Source: an uncultured Planctomycetales bacterium (GTDB taxonomy: Bacteria; Omnitrophota; Gorgyraeia; Zapsychrales; Fredricksoniimonadaceae). From it: a DNA stretch of 64,000 bases. Positions 9,183 through 18,593 of the stretch are shown piece after piece. The translations under genes were made by a program, and so were the position numbers. Under the pieces are notes generated by a model, which was not told the origin of the DNA, did not search any database, and saw only the letters and a program-made list of their open reading frames with translations. Positions within the stretch are counted from its first letter, which is position 1. Each line of letters begins with the position of its first letter. The stretch spans positions 5,909 through 69,908 of the forward strand of contig CAZFNI010000009.1 in the NCBI GenBank assembly GCA_964520655.1. The letters run 5' to 3'.

Positions 9183-9809
9183 TTACGGCTGATTGGCTGA
9201 TTCCGGGAATTTTTCCTGAAAATACTGGGCGCTGACATCCACGCTTTCCCGCATGACCTTGGAAATAGCATCAATAAGCTTCTTGCCCTTGGCCGAAGCA
9301 TAGAATTCAATATAATCTTTCAGGTCATCATTGGTGAAATATTTATCATAAACAGGGACTAAGCGCTCAATGATCTCATCCACATTGATCCCTTTTTTGA
9401 TCTTCTGGTAATCCGGGTTATCCGCCGGCAAATTTTCTGTCATGGCCTGCAGGTTCTGCGTCATCGCCGCCCTGGTCCCGAACACATCAATGAATTTCAG
9501 GATCAACGCTTTCTTGGCGCCATCCACAGCAGCAGCTGGGACATTATTGGTCACAACCGGCGCGGTCACTTCTTGCGGAACATCCGCAGGTGGGGGCGTT
9601 TCCATCTTCGCTTCTTCTTCGCCGCCGATATTATCGATCTCATCCATATAATACGTCATGGGCGCGCCGTCGATCTCGATCTTGACTTTCTTGTCATCTT
9701 GAGAAAGGATCTTACCCGTGACTTTACTGCCGTTCTTAAGGACAAGGGTCTGCGCATGAGCACTGATGGTTAACAGGAATAAACAAAGGATAGAGAGTAG
9801 TGTTTTCAT
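9183..9809 (-). CDS. secreted DUF2059-like protein
   Basis: Signal peptide MKTLLSILCLFLLTISAHA. The C-terminus …YDKYFTNDDLKDYIEFYASAKGKKLI… fits the DUF2059 pattern as I remember it. Confidence 0.55.
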   Translation of the reverse strand: MKTLLSILCLFLLTISAHAQTLVLKNGSKVTGKILSQDDKKVKIEIDGAPMTYYMDEIDNIGGEEEAKMETPPPADVPQEVTAPVVTNNVPAAAVDGAKKALILKFIDVFGTRAAMTQNLQAMTENLPADNPDYQKIKKGINVDEIIERLVPVYDKYFTNDDLKDYIEFYASAKGKKLIDAISKVMRESVDVSAQYFQEKFPESANQP

Positions 9810-9898
9810 AGATTTTATTTTAGATCTTTCTCTTTATAATACAAATGAAATAACGAAATTCTGGCATCCATTAGTCCTTCTGTGTTAGGATATCGGCC

Positions 9899-10990
9899 AT
9901 GATCGACACCATACGCAAAGAGATCGACGCCTCTCTGGCCTCGTTCCTTAACACCGTCAAGAAAGAATATAAACTGCATTTGGTCTCCCCTTTGCTGTTC
10001 GAAAGCATCCGGGAATTCACCCTGCGCGAAGGCAAACGCATCCGTCCTTTACTGCTGATACTGACCTATAAAGGATATTCCCCCAAGAACAAAAATATTT
10101 CCCGCAAACTTTATAATGCGTCCACCTGCATGGAATTCCTGCACAACTTCATGCTCATCCACGACGACATCATTGACAGCTCGGATCTGCGCCGCGGTCA
10201 CCCAACGATGCACAAGATCCTCGCGCACACCGTTAAAACGAACAACCCCAACAAATTAGGAATAGATCTAGGGATCATCGCTGGGGATATCGTCTACGCG
10301 CTGGCCATCGATGCCTTTTTGTCGATCGATGAACGATTGGAACGTAAAGAACGCGCGCTCAAATATTTCATCCAGACCGCAGCCTTTACCGCCATGGGCG
10401 AGTTCATCGACACTGTCCACGGCGTCAGCCAGTTAAGCGCCATCAAAGAAGACGATGTCTTTTTGAATTACACCTTAAAAACCGCGCGCTACACCTTTGA
10501 CTGCCCTATGGTGACGGGAGCGATCTTAGCCGGCGCTTCACCATCGCAAGTCAAAAAACTTTCGGAATTCGGCATTCTGATCGGCCAGGCATTCCAGATC
10601 CAGGACGACATCATAGGCATTTATGAGACGGAAGAAAAGATCGGCAAATCCATCTTAAGCGATCTGGCGGAGGGCAAAAAAACATTGTTGGTCGTCCACG
10701 CGAATCGGACGCTTAAAGGCAAAAAGAAAGCGGAGTTCCTGAAGATCTTCAACAAATCCAATAAAACACTGGCCGACTTAGAAGACATCAAGAAACTCTT
10801 CATCGCCTCGAACAGCCTGGATTATTCACTTAACGCGGTCGCCTCACGCATCCAGCGCTCACAGAAGATCATCAAACAGCTGAACATGCATCCGGAGTAT
10901 AAGAATCTCTTAAACTCGCTGTTGCTTAAACTTTTCGCGCAGAGCCAACATATCGCCCAGCGTTACCAGCGCGATATCACGATCATTTGA
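9899..10990 (+). CDS. polyprenyl (trans-isoprenyl) diphosphate synthase family
   Basis: Two Asp-rich motifs, LIHDDIID and FQIQDDIIG. Confidence 0.85.
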   Translation: MIDTIRKEIDASLASFLNTVKKEYKLHLVSPLLFESIREFTLREGKRIRPLLLILTYKGYSPKNKNISRKLYNASTCMEFLHNFMLIHDDIIDSSDLRRGHPTMHKILAHTVKTNNPNKLGIDLGIIAGDIVYALAIDAFLSIDERLERKERALKYFIQTAAFTAMGEFIDTVHGVSQLSAIKEDDVFLNYTLKTARYTFDCPMVTGAILAGASPSQVKKLSEFGILIGQAFQIQDDIIGIYETEEKIGKSILSDLAEGKKTLLVVHANRTLKGKKKAEFLKIFNKSNKTLADLEDIKKLFIASNSLDYSLNAVASRIQRSQKIIKQLNMHPEYKNLLNSLLLKLFAQSQHIAQRYQRDITII

Positions 10991-11128
10991 TCCCCTTATA
11001 CCAGGCATTGTTGCTCAATTACGCTCGTGCATGCCGCAGTGAACATCTCTTTATTTTTTTCGCTCCAATAGATTTTACCCTTCGGGTCGTCAAAAGATCC
11101 ATCTATCTTCGGTTATCGAACAACTCGC

Positions 11129-11152
11129 CCTGAAATTCTCTAGAATTTCAGG
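11129..11152. repeat. perfect 11-bp-arm palindrome in a convergent intergenic region
   Basis: CCTGAAATTCT-CT-AGAATTTCAGG. A second hairpin TTTTATGGC-tgat-GCCATAAAA lies about 35 nt downstream. Confidence 0.4.
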
Positions 11153-11277
11153 ACTCAAACATGTTCGATATTTTATGGCTGATGCCATAAAATCCCCTCA
11201 GACAAATGGATCATTTGACTAAAATCTATAAGTCGCTACAAAAACAAAGAGACGTTCTCTGTGGCAAGACAACACTG

Positions 11278-12381
11278 TTAGATCAATCGCACCGCGATCT
11301 CATCGAGGACCAGCCGCCCTTTGATCGTCGAAAGAATGCGTTGTTGGTCTTTCTGCAAAAATCCTTCATCGATCAGCGCTTGCAATGTTCGTTGCTGCAC
11401 CGGCGTTAACACAAGACCATGTTTCCTCTCGATCTCATTAACAACAACGCCTTGATTCATGCGCAGTCCAAAGATCAGGTCCTCACTCAATCGCGTCTGC
11501 GCTGATAAAAACTCTTCGCCCGCGATGGCGTGGCCTTGTGCATTGACCGCGTCGATATATTTCGGCAATGTCGCTTCATTCCAATAACGCCGCCCTGACA
11601 ACAGCCCGTGCGCGGCCATGCCTATCCCGATATAATCTTTACCCTGCCAATATGCCAGATTATGGCGTGAGGCAAAACCTTCCCGGGCGAAATTGCTGAC
11701 CTCATATTGCTTGAGTCCCCGCGACTCCAAGAACTGCGTGACAAAAACATAATCGTCAGCCAATTTCTCGTCGCTATCTAATGCAACCGCTTTCGCGTGA
11801 AAACGACTGTTGGGCTCGATCGTTAACGTGTAGATCGACACATGCTGCGATCCAAGCGCTGCAAGAACCTCTAGATCAACCTCAAGTTCTCCTCGAGATT
11901 GACCAGGGAACCCATACATAAGGTCAACATTGATATCCTTAAACCCCGCGTCGCGGAGATACCTGTATGCCTGATGGGCCATGGCGCTGTTGTGGGCGCG
12001 CCCCAAAAAATTCAAATACGCATCGTTCCAAGTTTGCACCCCCAAACTTACCCTGTTAAAACCAAGGCGTTTTAGATCATTTGTGTAACCAGCGCTTACC
12101 CCCTCAGGGTTGAGCTCGATCGAAACGGATGCATCATCCGCGATATCGAAATTATCTTTTAACGCATTTATCACGCGCGATATTTGCGCAATTCCCAAAA
12201 AGTTCGGTGTGCCTCCTCCAAAATAGATCGTATCGATCTTTTCATTTTTGTATCGCAGCATTTCTTTTTCAAGCGCCGCTAGATATTCATCCGCGCGATG
12301 CGCAGCACCGACGGAGATCGCAAATGAACAAAATAAACATTTTTTAAAACAGAATGGAATGTGGATGTAGAGTGATCTCAT
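11278..12381 (-). CDS. hemW: radical SAM heme chaperone HemW / HemN-like oxygen-independent coproporphyrinogen oxidase family
   Basis: Begins MRSLYIHIPFCFKKCLFCSF (CxxxCxxC), 367 aa. Confidence 0.85.
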   Translation of the reverse strand: MRSLYIHIPFCFKKCLFCSFAISVGAAHRADEYLAALEKEMLRYKNEKIDTIYFGGGTPNFLGIAQISRVINALKDNFDIADDASVSIELNPEGVSAGYTNDLKRLGFNRVSLGVQTWNDAYLNFLGRAHNSAMAHQAYRYLRDAGFKDINVDLMYGFPGQSRGELEVDLEVLAALGSQHVSIYTLTIEPNSRFHAKAVALDSDEKLADDYVFVTQFLESRGLKQYEVSNFAREGFASRHNLAYWQGKDYIGIGMAAHGLLSGRRYWNEATLPKYIDAVNAQGHAIAGEEFLSAQTRLSEDLIFGLRMNQGVVVNEIERKHGLVLTPVQQRTLQALIDEGFLQKDQQRILSTIKGRLVLDEIAVRLI

Positions 12382-12419
12382 TTTTAAAAAAATTCTTATA
12401 AAAATATTTCAAAAACTTT

Positions 12420-12447
12420 TTGAATCTTCATGCACCTGTGCTAATAT
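12420..12447 (+). promoter_or_regulatory. candidate sigma70 promoter for the micro-ORF
   Basis: TTGAAT, 16-nt spacer, TAATAT. Confidence 0.4.
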
Positions 12448-12486
12448 TTTATTAATTAAATCAATCCTGAAGAAAGGAGAGACATC

Positions 12487-12537
12487 ATGGCTACCAAGAA
12501 AAAAACAGCAAAAAAGAAAACAGCAAAAAAGAAGTAA
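12487..12537 (+). CDS. 16-aa lysine-rich micro-protein MATKKKTAKKKTAKKK
   Basis: ATG sits 8 nt after a strong AGGAG. The gene has its own promoter-like element upstream and a perfect hairpin terminator immediately downstream. It falls below the ORF-track cutoff. Confidence 0.4.
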   Translation: MATKKKTAKKKTAKKK

Positions 12538-12560
12538 TCTGTTTTCAACATTTATTGCAT

Positions 12561-12590
12561 AAAACCCTCTAAAGTAATTTAGAGGGTTTT
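12561..12590. terminator. bidirectional hairpin terminator
   Basis: AAAACCCTCTAAA-gtaa-TTTAGAGGGTTTT, a perfect 13-bp stem with A/T runs on both sides. It overlaps the tatC stop. Confidence 0.65.
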
Positions 12591-13289
12591 ATGTTTATAG
12601 ACCAACCGCACGACCAGTATCCCCAATTCATACAGCACAATCAACGGTACAGCCAATAAACATTGCGACGCCACATCCGGCGGCGTTAAGACCGCAGCCA
12701 CGATCAAAATAATGACGATCGCATGCCGGCGCTTCTGCCGCAAGAATTCCGGCGTGGCAATACCGATCTTGGCCAAAAATCCCAGAACCAGAGGCAACTC
12801 AAACGTCACACCAAAAGACAATACCATATTCCCCAAAAATCCCAAGTAACTGTCGACGCTGATCATTGGTCTTAGATCCGGTGAAGAAAAACTCATCAGG
12901 AACCGGTAAGCCATGGGCACCGCGACAAAAAACGCGAACGCAACTCCTGCCAGAAATAATAGCAACGACAAAGGCCCTACAACCAGAATGAACTTGCGTT
13001 CATGCGGACGCAGTGCTTTACCCACGAACGACCAAAGATGATATAAAAGATAGGGAGAAGCAACAACCGCCGCCATCACGACCGTTGTGATCATTACCGC
13101 AGAGAACGCCCCTCCGGGGGAAGTGAACACCAGCTGCCCGGCCGGCTTGATGATCCAGTGCAGCGCCTGATCCGCGTAATTAAAACACACGAAGGCCGCT
13201 AAAAGAAAAACGCTCACAGATCTGATAAAGCGTGAGCGTAATTCATTAAGGTGTTCGAAAAAAGCTTTTAAGAAATCGTTGGACGTCAC
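12579..13289 (-). CDS. tatC: twin-arginine translocase subunit TatC
   Basis: 236 aa polytopic protein with a TatC-like N-terminus (FFEHLNELRSRFI). The start codon is GTG. Confidence 0.9.
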   Translation of the reverse strand: MTSNDFLKAFFEHLNELRSRFIRSVSVFLLAAFVCFNYADQALHWIIKPAGQLVFTSPGGAFSAVMITTVVMAAVVASPYLLYHLWSFVGKALRPHERKFILVVGPLSLLLFLAGVAFAFFVAVPMAYRFLMSFSSPDLRPMISVDSYLGFLGNMVLSFGVTFELPLVLGFLAKIGIATPEFLRQKRRHAIVIILIVAAVLTPPDVASQCLLAVPLIVLYELGILVVRLVYKHKTL

Positions 13290-13463
13290 TTAAGATTTTT
13301 CTACAGGCTTCTCAATTTCGGCTTTAGTATCATTCAAGTTTTTTTTGAATTCACGGATCGCCTTGCCGATAGCCGCACCCATTTCCGGCAACTTAGCCGG
13401 ACCAAAGAATATCAAAAACACGATCAAGATCAAGATGAGTTCTGGAATACCAATGCGTCCCAT
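13290..13463 (-). CDS. tatA: twin-arginine translocase subunit TatA/E
   Basis: 57 aa, [57 protein letters not shown], with GGAG upstream. It is missing from the ORF track because it is under 60 aa. Confidence 0.85.
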   Translation of the reverse strand: MGRIGIPELILILIVFLIFFGPAKLPEMGAAIGKAIREFKKNLNDTKAEIEKPVEKS

Positions 13464-13501
13464 ATCTGCTCCATTTGTTAGCGGCGGTTTAAACTAAAGT
13501 T

Positions 13502-13530
13502 ATTCTATAAGGAATCCGCCGCCTGGTCAA
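13502..13530 (-). promoter_or_regulatory. candidate promoter for tatA-tatC
   Basis: Minus-strand TTGACC, 17 nt, TAGAAT. Confidence 0.35.
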
Positions 13531-13651
13531 GAACGCTTCGCAGCCGGATTATTTTCCCTCACCCCTTGCCAAAGCAGCATTCTTATGTTACATTAACTGT
13601 AGATGAAGGAGGGTCAAAGATAGCGCAAGCGGTTTGAGGCCTATCCCCTTA

Positions 13652-13689
13652 CCAAAGCCACCCAGAGAACCTGAGTGGCTTTTCTTATT
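13652..13689. terminator. hairpin terminator after pgi
   Basis: GCCACCCAGAG-aac-CTGAGTGGC followed by TTTTCTTATT. It could work in either direction. Confidence 0.5.
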
Positions 13690-13690
13690 G

Positions 13691-14959
13691 CTACCCCTTT
13701 AACAACGCGAACATCTTCTTCTTATACGCTTCCACACCAGGCTGGTCGAACGGATTGACCCCTAATATATATCCGGAGATCCCGCAGGCTTTCTCAAAAA
13801 AATAGTACAAATGCCCTAAATGGAACGCATCCGCCCGGCATAAAGTGATCGTCATATTGGGGGTTTTGCCCTCAAAATGAGCTGCCGCTGTCCCTTCATA
13901 AGCTTTTTTATTCACGAAATCAAAACCCTTGCCTGCCACATAGTTAAAGCCGTCCAAATCTTCTTTTTCTGTGGGGATAAGAACCTCGTGAGAAGGCTTA
14001 TCAATGGCCAAAAACGTCTCAAACAGGATACGTTCGCCATCCTGCATATATTGTCCCATGGAGTGCAGGTCAGTGGACATGATCAAAGAGGCCGGGAATA
14101 TCCCTTTGCCTTCCTTGCCTTCGCTTTCTCCGAATAACTGCTTCCACCATTCCGCCACAAAGAACACATTGGGATAAAAGGATGACAAGACTTCGATCTT
14201 TTTGCCTTTGGCGTAAAGCACATTACGGGCCGCGGCATAACGATAACACGTATTCTTGTCCAGGTCGCAAACAGCATATTCTTTCTGTGCCGCGCGGGCC
14301 CCGTCCACAAAGCTTTTGATATCAACCCCGCTTAACGCCAGGGGCACAAGACCGACGGGTGTAAAGATCGAGAAACGTCCTCCCACATCATCGGGGATGA
14401 CAAAACTTGTAAAACCTTCCTTGTCCGCGATCTTGCGCAGGGCTCCTTTTTTCTCATCAGTGACGCAGATGATCCTTTTTTTGATCTCTGCAGCAGGATA
14501 TTTCTTGGCCAGCAATTCTTTCACTGCGCGAAACGCAATAGCCGGCTCGGTTGTCGTTCCCGATTTAGAGATCACCACCACTGTAGGGTTCTTGTGTTCC
14601 AGTATCTTTAAAAGGTCATGCAGATAATCACTGGAAATATTGTGGCCGGCATAGTAGAGCGGCAGCCGCGTGACCCCGCCTAAGAATTCGACCGAGGCGC
14701 GGATACCTAAATATGAACCGCCAATACCGATAGACACTATGCAGTCGGAATGTTTAGCCACATCCGACGACAGCGCGGTCAACTGGGCGATCAGCGCATC
14801 GGGAATATTCGCAGGAAGATCCACCCACCCTAAGAATTCACTGCCCTTGCCGGTCTTCTGATGCAATTGGTCATGCGCCCGCTTAACATCCACGCCAAGC
14901 GCGTTTATTTCGTCTTTGGAGACGAAACCGTTTAAGTAATCCGTGTTAAGTGAGATCAT
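13691..14959 (-). CDS. pgi: glucose-6-phosphate isomerase (short bacterial/archaeal type)
   Basis: 422 aa with SIS-domain motifs (IGIGGSYLG, GESEGKEGKGIFP). Confidence 0.85.
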   Translation of the reverse strand: MISLNTDYLNGFVSKDEINALGVDVKRAHDQLHQKTGKGSEFLGWVDLPANIPDALIAQLTALSSDVAKHSDCIVSIGIGGSYLGIRASVEFLGGVTRLPLYYAGHNISSDYLHDLLKILEHKNPTVVVISKSGTTTEPAIAFRAVKELLAKKYPAAEIKKRIICVTDEKKGALRKIADKEGFTSFVIPDDVGGRFSIFTPVGLVPLALSGVDIKSFVDGARAAQKEYAVCDLDKNTCYRYAAARNVLYAKGKKIEVLSSFYPNVFFVAEWWKQLFGESEGKEGKGIFPASLIMSTDLHSMGQYMQDGERILFETFLAIDKPSHEVLIPTEKEDLDGFNYVAGKGFDFVNKKAYEGTAAAHFEGKTPNMTITLCRADAFHLGHLYYFFEKACGISGYILGVNPFDQPGVEAYKKKMFALLKG

Positions 14960-15621
14960 TTCTTGCCTGCTGGTCTTTTACTGGTTGAATTGCTGACTGA
15001 GGGCACCTTCCCTTGCAGATCAGCGGCTGTGGCCGGTGCGACCAAGTCATCCTTGGTGTAATCCCTGCGCCCGGTCAATTCGCCGTTGTTATATTTTTCC
15101 TCGGAGAGGATCTTGCCGTTTTGATCGTAGCTTAACACCGTCCCGTCAAGAATACCGTCGCGGTAATTGAGAACCTTGCTTAATGCGCCCGACTTAAAAT
15201 AGATCTTCTTCTCGCCGTCAAGATTCCCGGCAGAATAATTCGAGATATTTTCCAGCTCGCCAGTTTCATAATAGCGTTTGGAGACGCCGGTCAGATTGTT
15301 GCCGTTGTATACAGATTCGCTCTGCAGGCCGCTGTTCTCATAATAGGTCCTGTTGGGGCCGTTGCGCTTGCCGTCGATATAAACAGAATAGTCTTTCAGG
15401 GCACCGGAAGGATAGAACGTTCGGACCTCACCATCCAAGCGATAGGAACGGTAATGCTCTTCACGCAGCAAAGCCCCTGTTTTATCATAAACTTTCCACG
15501 GGCCTTCAGCAGGCGGCTGTGTGTCGCGCGCTTCTGCCGCCTGGCGGGCAGGATCTGTTGCCGCAAACAGGCTGGGCACAAACACAACCATCAAGCACAA
15601 TGTCGCTAATATTCTGTTCAT
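14956..15621 (-). CDS. secreted MORN-repeat protein
   Basis: Signal peptide plus repeated Y-x-x-G-x-L…G motifs in the YwqK/MORN style. Confidence 0.6.
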   Translation of the reverse strand: MNRILATLCLMVVFVPSLFAATDPARQAAEARDTQPPAEGPWKVYDKTGALLREEHYRSYRLDGEVRTFYPSGALKDYSVYIDGKRNGPNRTYYENSGLQSESVYNGNNLTGVSKRYYETGELENISNYSAGNLDGEKKIYFKSGALSKVLNYRDGILDGTVLSYDQNGKILSEEKYNNGELTGRRDYTKDDLVAPATAADLQGKVPSVSNSTSKRPAGKK

Positions 15622-15650
15622 GTTGGTCTCCTTGAGAAGGCACCTTTGAT

Positions 15651-16742
15651 TTACGTGATGGAACTGTCAATAATAGAACCCGCCAAAACAACGTCCCCGT
15701 CGTAAAAAACAGCGCTTTGGCCGGGAGTAACAGACTTCTGAGGCTCATGGAATTCCACCTTGATCTTGGTGTCATCTAGCGCCGTCAAAGTCGCCTTGAC
15801 TTCAGGGGAATTATAACGAATTCTGGCAGTCACTTCTATAGGATTTCGTGGAATTTGCATGCTCACCCAGTTGGCCTGGGAAGCGATGAAGCCTTTGGAG
15901 TACAATTTCTCTACAGGCCCCACATAAACTGTATTGGAAAGCCGGTCCATGTGATAGACATAAACGGGGCGACCCAAAGCGATCCCCAGCTGGTCGCGCT
16001 GGCCGATAGTGTAATAGGCCAGCCCCTTATGCTGCCCGACAACTTTTCCAGCATCGTCGACAAAAGGTCCAGGCGTATGGATGGCATCTCCCACCCTGTC
16101 CTCTAAGAATTTTTTGTACCCTTCTTTGGGCACGAAACAAATGTCCTGGCTTTCGGGTTTCTCCGCCGTGTTTAGGCCATACTGCCGGGCCAATTCCCGC
16201 ACCTGGGGTTTTGTCAATCCGCCTAACGGGAATAATACCGAAGGCAATGTTTCTTTTTTCATGCTGTAAAGAAAATAGGATTGATCTTTCCTGGGGTCTG
16301 CGGCCTTCTTTAATAGAAAGGCTTCTTGAGCGTGGTCATATTCAACCCTGCCATAATGACCCGTGGCGATGTAGTCCGCCCCCAGGGATTTGACTTTGTG
16401 GTAAAGCGTGCCGAATTTCAAATGCTGATTGCAGCGCACACAGGGGTTGGGCGTACGGCCGCTTAAGTATTCATTAGTAAAATCCTCAATGATAAAATCA
16501 TTGATGTCCGCCGCAAAATTAAACACATAATGCGGGATATCCAAAATTTCCGCCGCGCGCTTGGCATCGGCTATGCCGTCAATGCCGCAGCAGGAGGGCC
16601 TATCCGAGTTAGGGTGAGAAATATTAAAGCACATGGTCACCCCGACCGTCTTATAGCCCTGGGCTTTGATCATTCCCGCCACGACGGAAGAATCCACCCC
16701 TCCGCTCATGGCCACAAAAACTGTTCTATCCTGATTTTTCAT
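15651..16742 (-). CDS. mnmA: tRNA-specific 2-thiouridylase
   Basis: Begins VFVAMSGGVDSSV (PP-loop), 363 aa. Confidence 0.9.
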   Translation of the reverse strand: MKNQDRTVFVAMSGGVDSSVVAGMIKAQGYKTVGVTMCFNISHPNSDRPSCCGIDGIADAKRAAEILDIPHYVFNFAADINDFIIEDFTNEYLSGRTPNPCVRCNQHLKFGTLYHKVKSLGADYIATGHYGRVEYDHAQEAFLLKKAADPRKDQSYFLYSMKKETLPSVLFPLGGLTKPQVRELARQYGLNTAEKPESQDICFVPKEGYKKFLEDRVGDAIHTPGPFVDDAGKVVGQHKGLAYYTIGQRDQLGIALGRPVYVYHMDRLSNTVYVGPVEKLYSKGFIASQANWVSMQIPRNPIEVTARIRYNSPEVKATLTALDDTKIKVEFHEPQKSVTPGQSAVFYDGDVVLAGSIIDSSIT

Positions 16743-17985
16743 CTTTCCTAAGTAAATCGTAAATACTGTTTAAAATATGATCCAGCTGCCAGGTGCCGAT
16801 CGAGAGCGGCGGCATGATCACCACCACATTGCCCAAAGGCCTTAAGATAATGCCTTTCGCCCGAAGACGCTGGCAAAGCTTGGCTCCAACCCTGTCTTGC
16901 CAAGCACCTTTTAGTTCAATACCAGCCATAAATCCGCACTGTCTGACTTCGACGACAGAGGGCAAATTATAGAACATCTTTAAACCTTTGGCCAAATGTT
17001 TTATTTTAGGCTGCAGTTTCGCTAATGTCCGTTCTTTGGTAAATATCTCCAAATTGGCCAGTGCCGCGGCACAGGCCAATGGATTACCGGTATACGTGTG
17101 GCCGTGGAAGAAGGTTTTTTGTTCTTTATGATCAAATAAGAAACCGTCATAGACCTTTTGGGTGACAATGGTGGCGGCCAACGGCAGATATCCGCCGGTG
17201 ATGCCCTTAGCCAGGCAAAGAAAATCCGGCGACACGCCTTCATGTGCGCAAGCAAACATCTTGCCCGTCCGTCCAAAACCCGTGGCCACTTCATCAACGA
17301 TCAAGAACATATCATGCGCCGTGCATAAACGGCGGAACTCTTTTAACACCCCTTTAGGCCAACAAATCATCCCCGCGGCCCCCTGCACCAGAGGCTCGAC
17401 CACCAACGCAGCCACAGTTCCTGGCTTTTTCTTTAGCAGCGTTTCAAATTCTTTGACGGCATCAAACCCATGTGCCTTTAACCCATGCGTTTTAAAGATC
17501 AGGCCGCGGTATACGTGATGGAACAGGTCAATACCTCCGACGCTGACACTGCCAAGCGTATCTCCATGGTATGAATTGTTCAAATGCACCAGTGTTCGCT
17601 TCTTTGTCTGCCCTTTATTCTGCCAATACTGATAGGCCATCTTAAGCGCGATCTCAACGGCAGTCGACCCGTTGTCGGAATAAAAAACTTTTGTAAGACC
17701 TTTAGGCGCGATCTTGACTAATTCTTTGGCCAATTGTTCCGCCGGCGTATTGGATAACCCTAACAGTGTGGAATGGCTGATCTTGGCCAATTGTTTACGG
17801 ATAGCGGCGTTTAACACCGGATGGCCATGCCCATGCACATTGACCCACAGCGAGGAAACCCCGTCGATATAGCGGCGGCCTTTGGTGTCATACAAATAAA
17901 CACCTTTGGCGCGCTCGATCTCAAGCGGCTCGCTAGAGGGCCAGTCTTTCATTTGCGTGAATGGATGCCAGATATGTGAACTCAT
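16726..17985 (-). CDS. bioA: adenosylmethionine-8-amino-7-oxononanoate aminotransferase
   Basis: Class-III PLP aminotransferase that begins MSSHIWHPFTQM, in a bio-gene context. Confidence 0.9.
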   Translation of the reverse strand: MSSHIWHPFTQMKDWPSSEPLEIERAKGVYLYDTKGRRYIDGVSSLWVNVHGHGHPVLNAAIRKQLAKISHSTLLGLSNTPAEQLAKELVKIAPKGLTKVFYSDNGSTAVEIALKMAYQYWQNKGQTKKRTLVHLNNSYHGDTLGSVSVGGIDLFHHVYRGLIFKTHGLKAHGFDAVKEFETLLKKKPGTVAALVVEPLVQGAAGMICWPKGVLKEFRRLCTAHDMFLIVDEVATGFGRTGKMFACAHEGVSPDFLCLAKGITGGYLPLAATIVTQKVYDGFLFDHKEQKTFFHGHTYTGNPLACAAALANLEIFTKERTLAKLQPKIKHLAKGLKMFYNLPSVVEVRQCGFMAGIELKGAWQDRVGAKLCQRLRAKGIILRPLGNVVVIMPPLSIGTWQLDHILNSIYDLLRKDEKSG

Positions 17986-18593
17986 GATAAATAGGGAATA
18001 GTCCCCAACACCTTGACCTTGGTGATGCGCTCGATCTCTCTTGGATTGGTTCGTTCCGCCAATGATTTCTTTTTCGCACTTGTGTCGCTAAAAATGATCC
18101 CTTCGATCGTCAAGCCGTAAGCTTTGGCCTGATTGACCGTCAATACCGTATGATTGATCGTCCCCAACCCCAAACGGGAGACGATGATGATCGGGATATC
18201 AAGCATCTTGGCCAGGTCCGCGTTAAAGAATTTCTCTTTAAGCGGAGCCATCAACCCGCCCGCCCCCTCGACAAGAACAATATCGTGACGTTCACAGAGG
18301 ACATTGAACGCTTTTTTGATCTTTGCAACATCAACACTCTTTCTCGCACGCTTAAATGCCAGGTGCGGGGACAGCGGTTCTTTGGCATAACAGGGATTGA
18401 TCAGCTCCATGCTGTCATCAATGCCCAAACGGCTTTTGAGGAATCGCGCGTCGCTGCCGCCGCATTGCACCGGTTTCATCACACCAACATTAAACCCTAA
18501 AGACCGCAACATCACGCCCAGCGCAAGCGTCGTCACTGTTTTACCCACGTTTGTGTCCGTTGCTGTTATAAAAACCGCATTATTTTTTCGCAT
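17982..18593 (-). CDS. bioD: dethiobiotin synthetase
   Basis: 203 aa with a TDTNVGKT P-loop. Confidence 0.9.
   Translation of the reverse strand: MRKNNAVFITATDTNVGKTVTTLALGVMLRSLGFNVGVMKPVQCGGSDARFLKSRLGIDDSMELINPCYAKEPLSPHLAFKRARKSVDVAKIKKAFNVLCERHDIVLVEGAGGLMAPLKEKFFNADLAKMLDIPIIIVSRLGLGTINHTVLTVNQAKAYGLTIEGIIFSDTSAKKKSLAERTNPREIERITKVKVLGTIPYLS

Noticed and set aside
12487-12537. Possibility that the AAAAAACAGCAAAAAAGAAAACAGCAAAAAAG tract is a CRISPR or other noncoding repeat
   Set aside because: There are only two 15-nt units, in frame, between an SD-ATG and a stop. It is better explained as a coding K/T/A repeat. No other CRISPR-like arrays were seen anywhere in the window.
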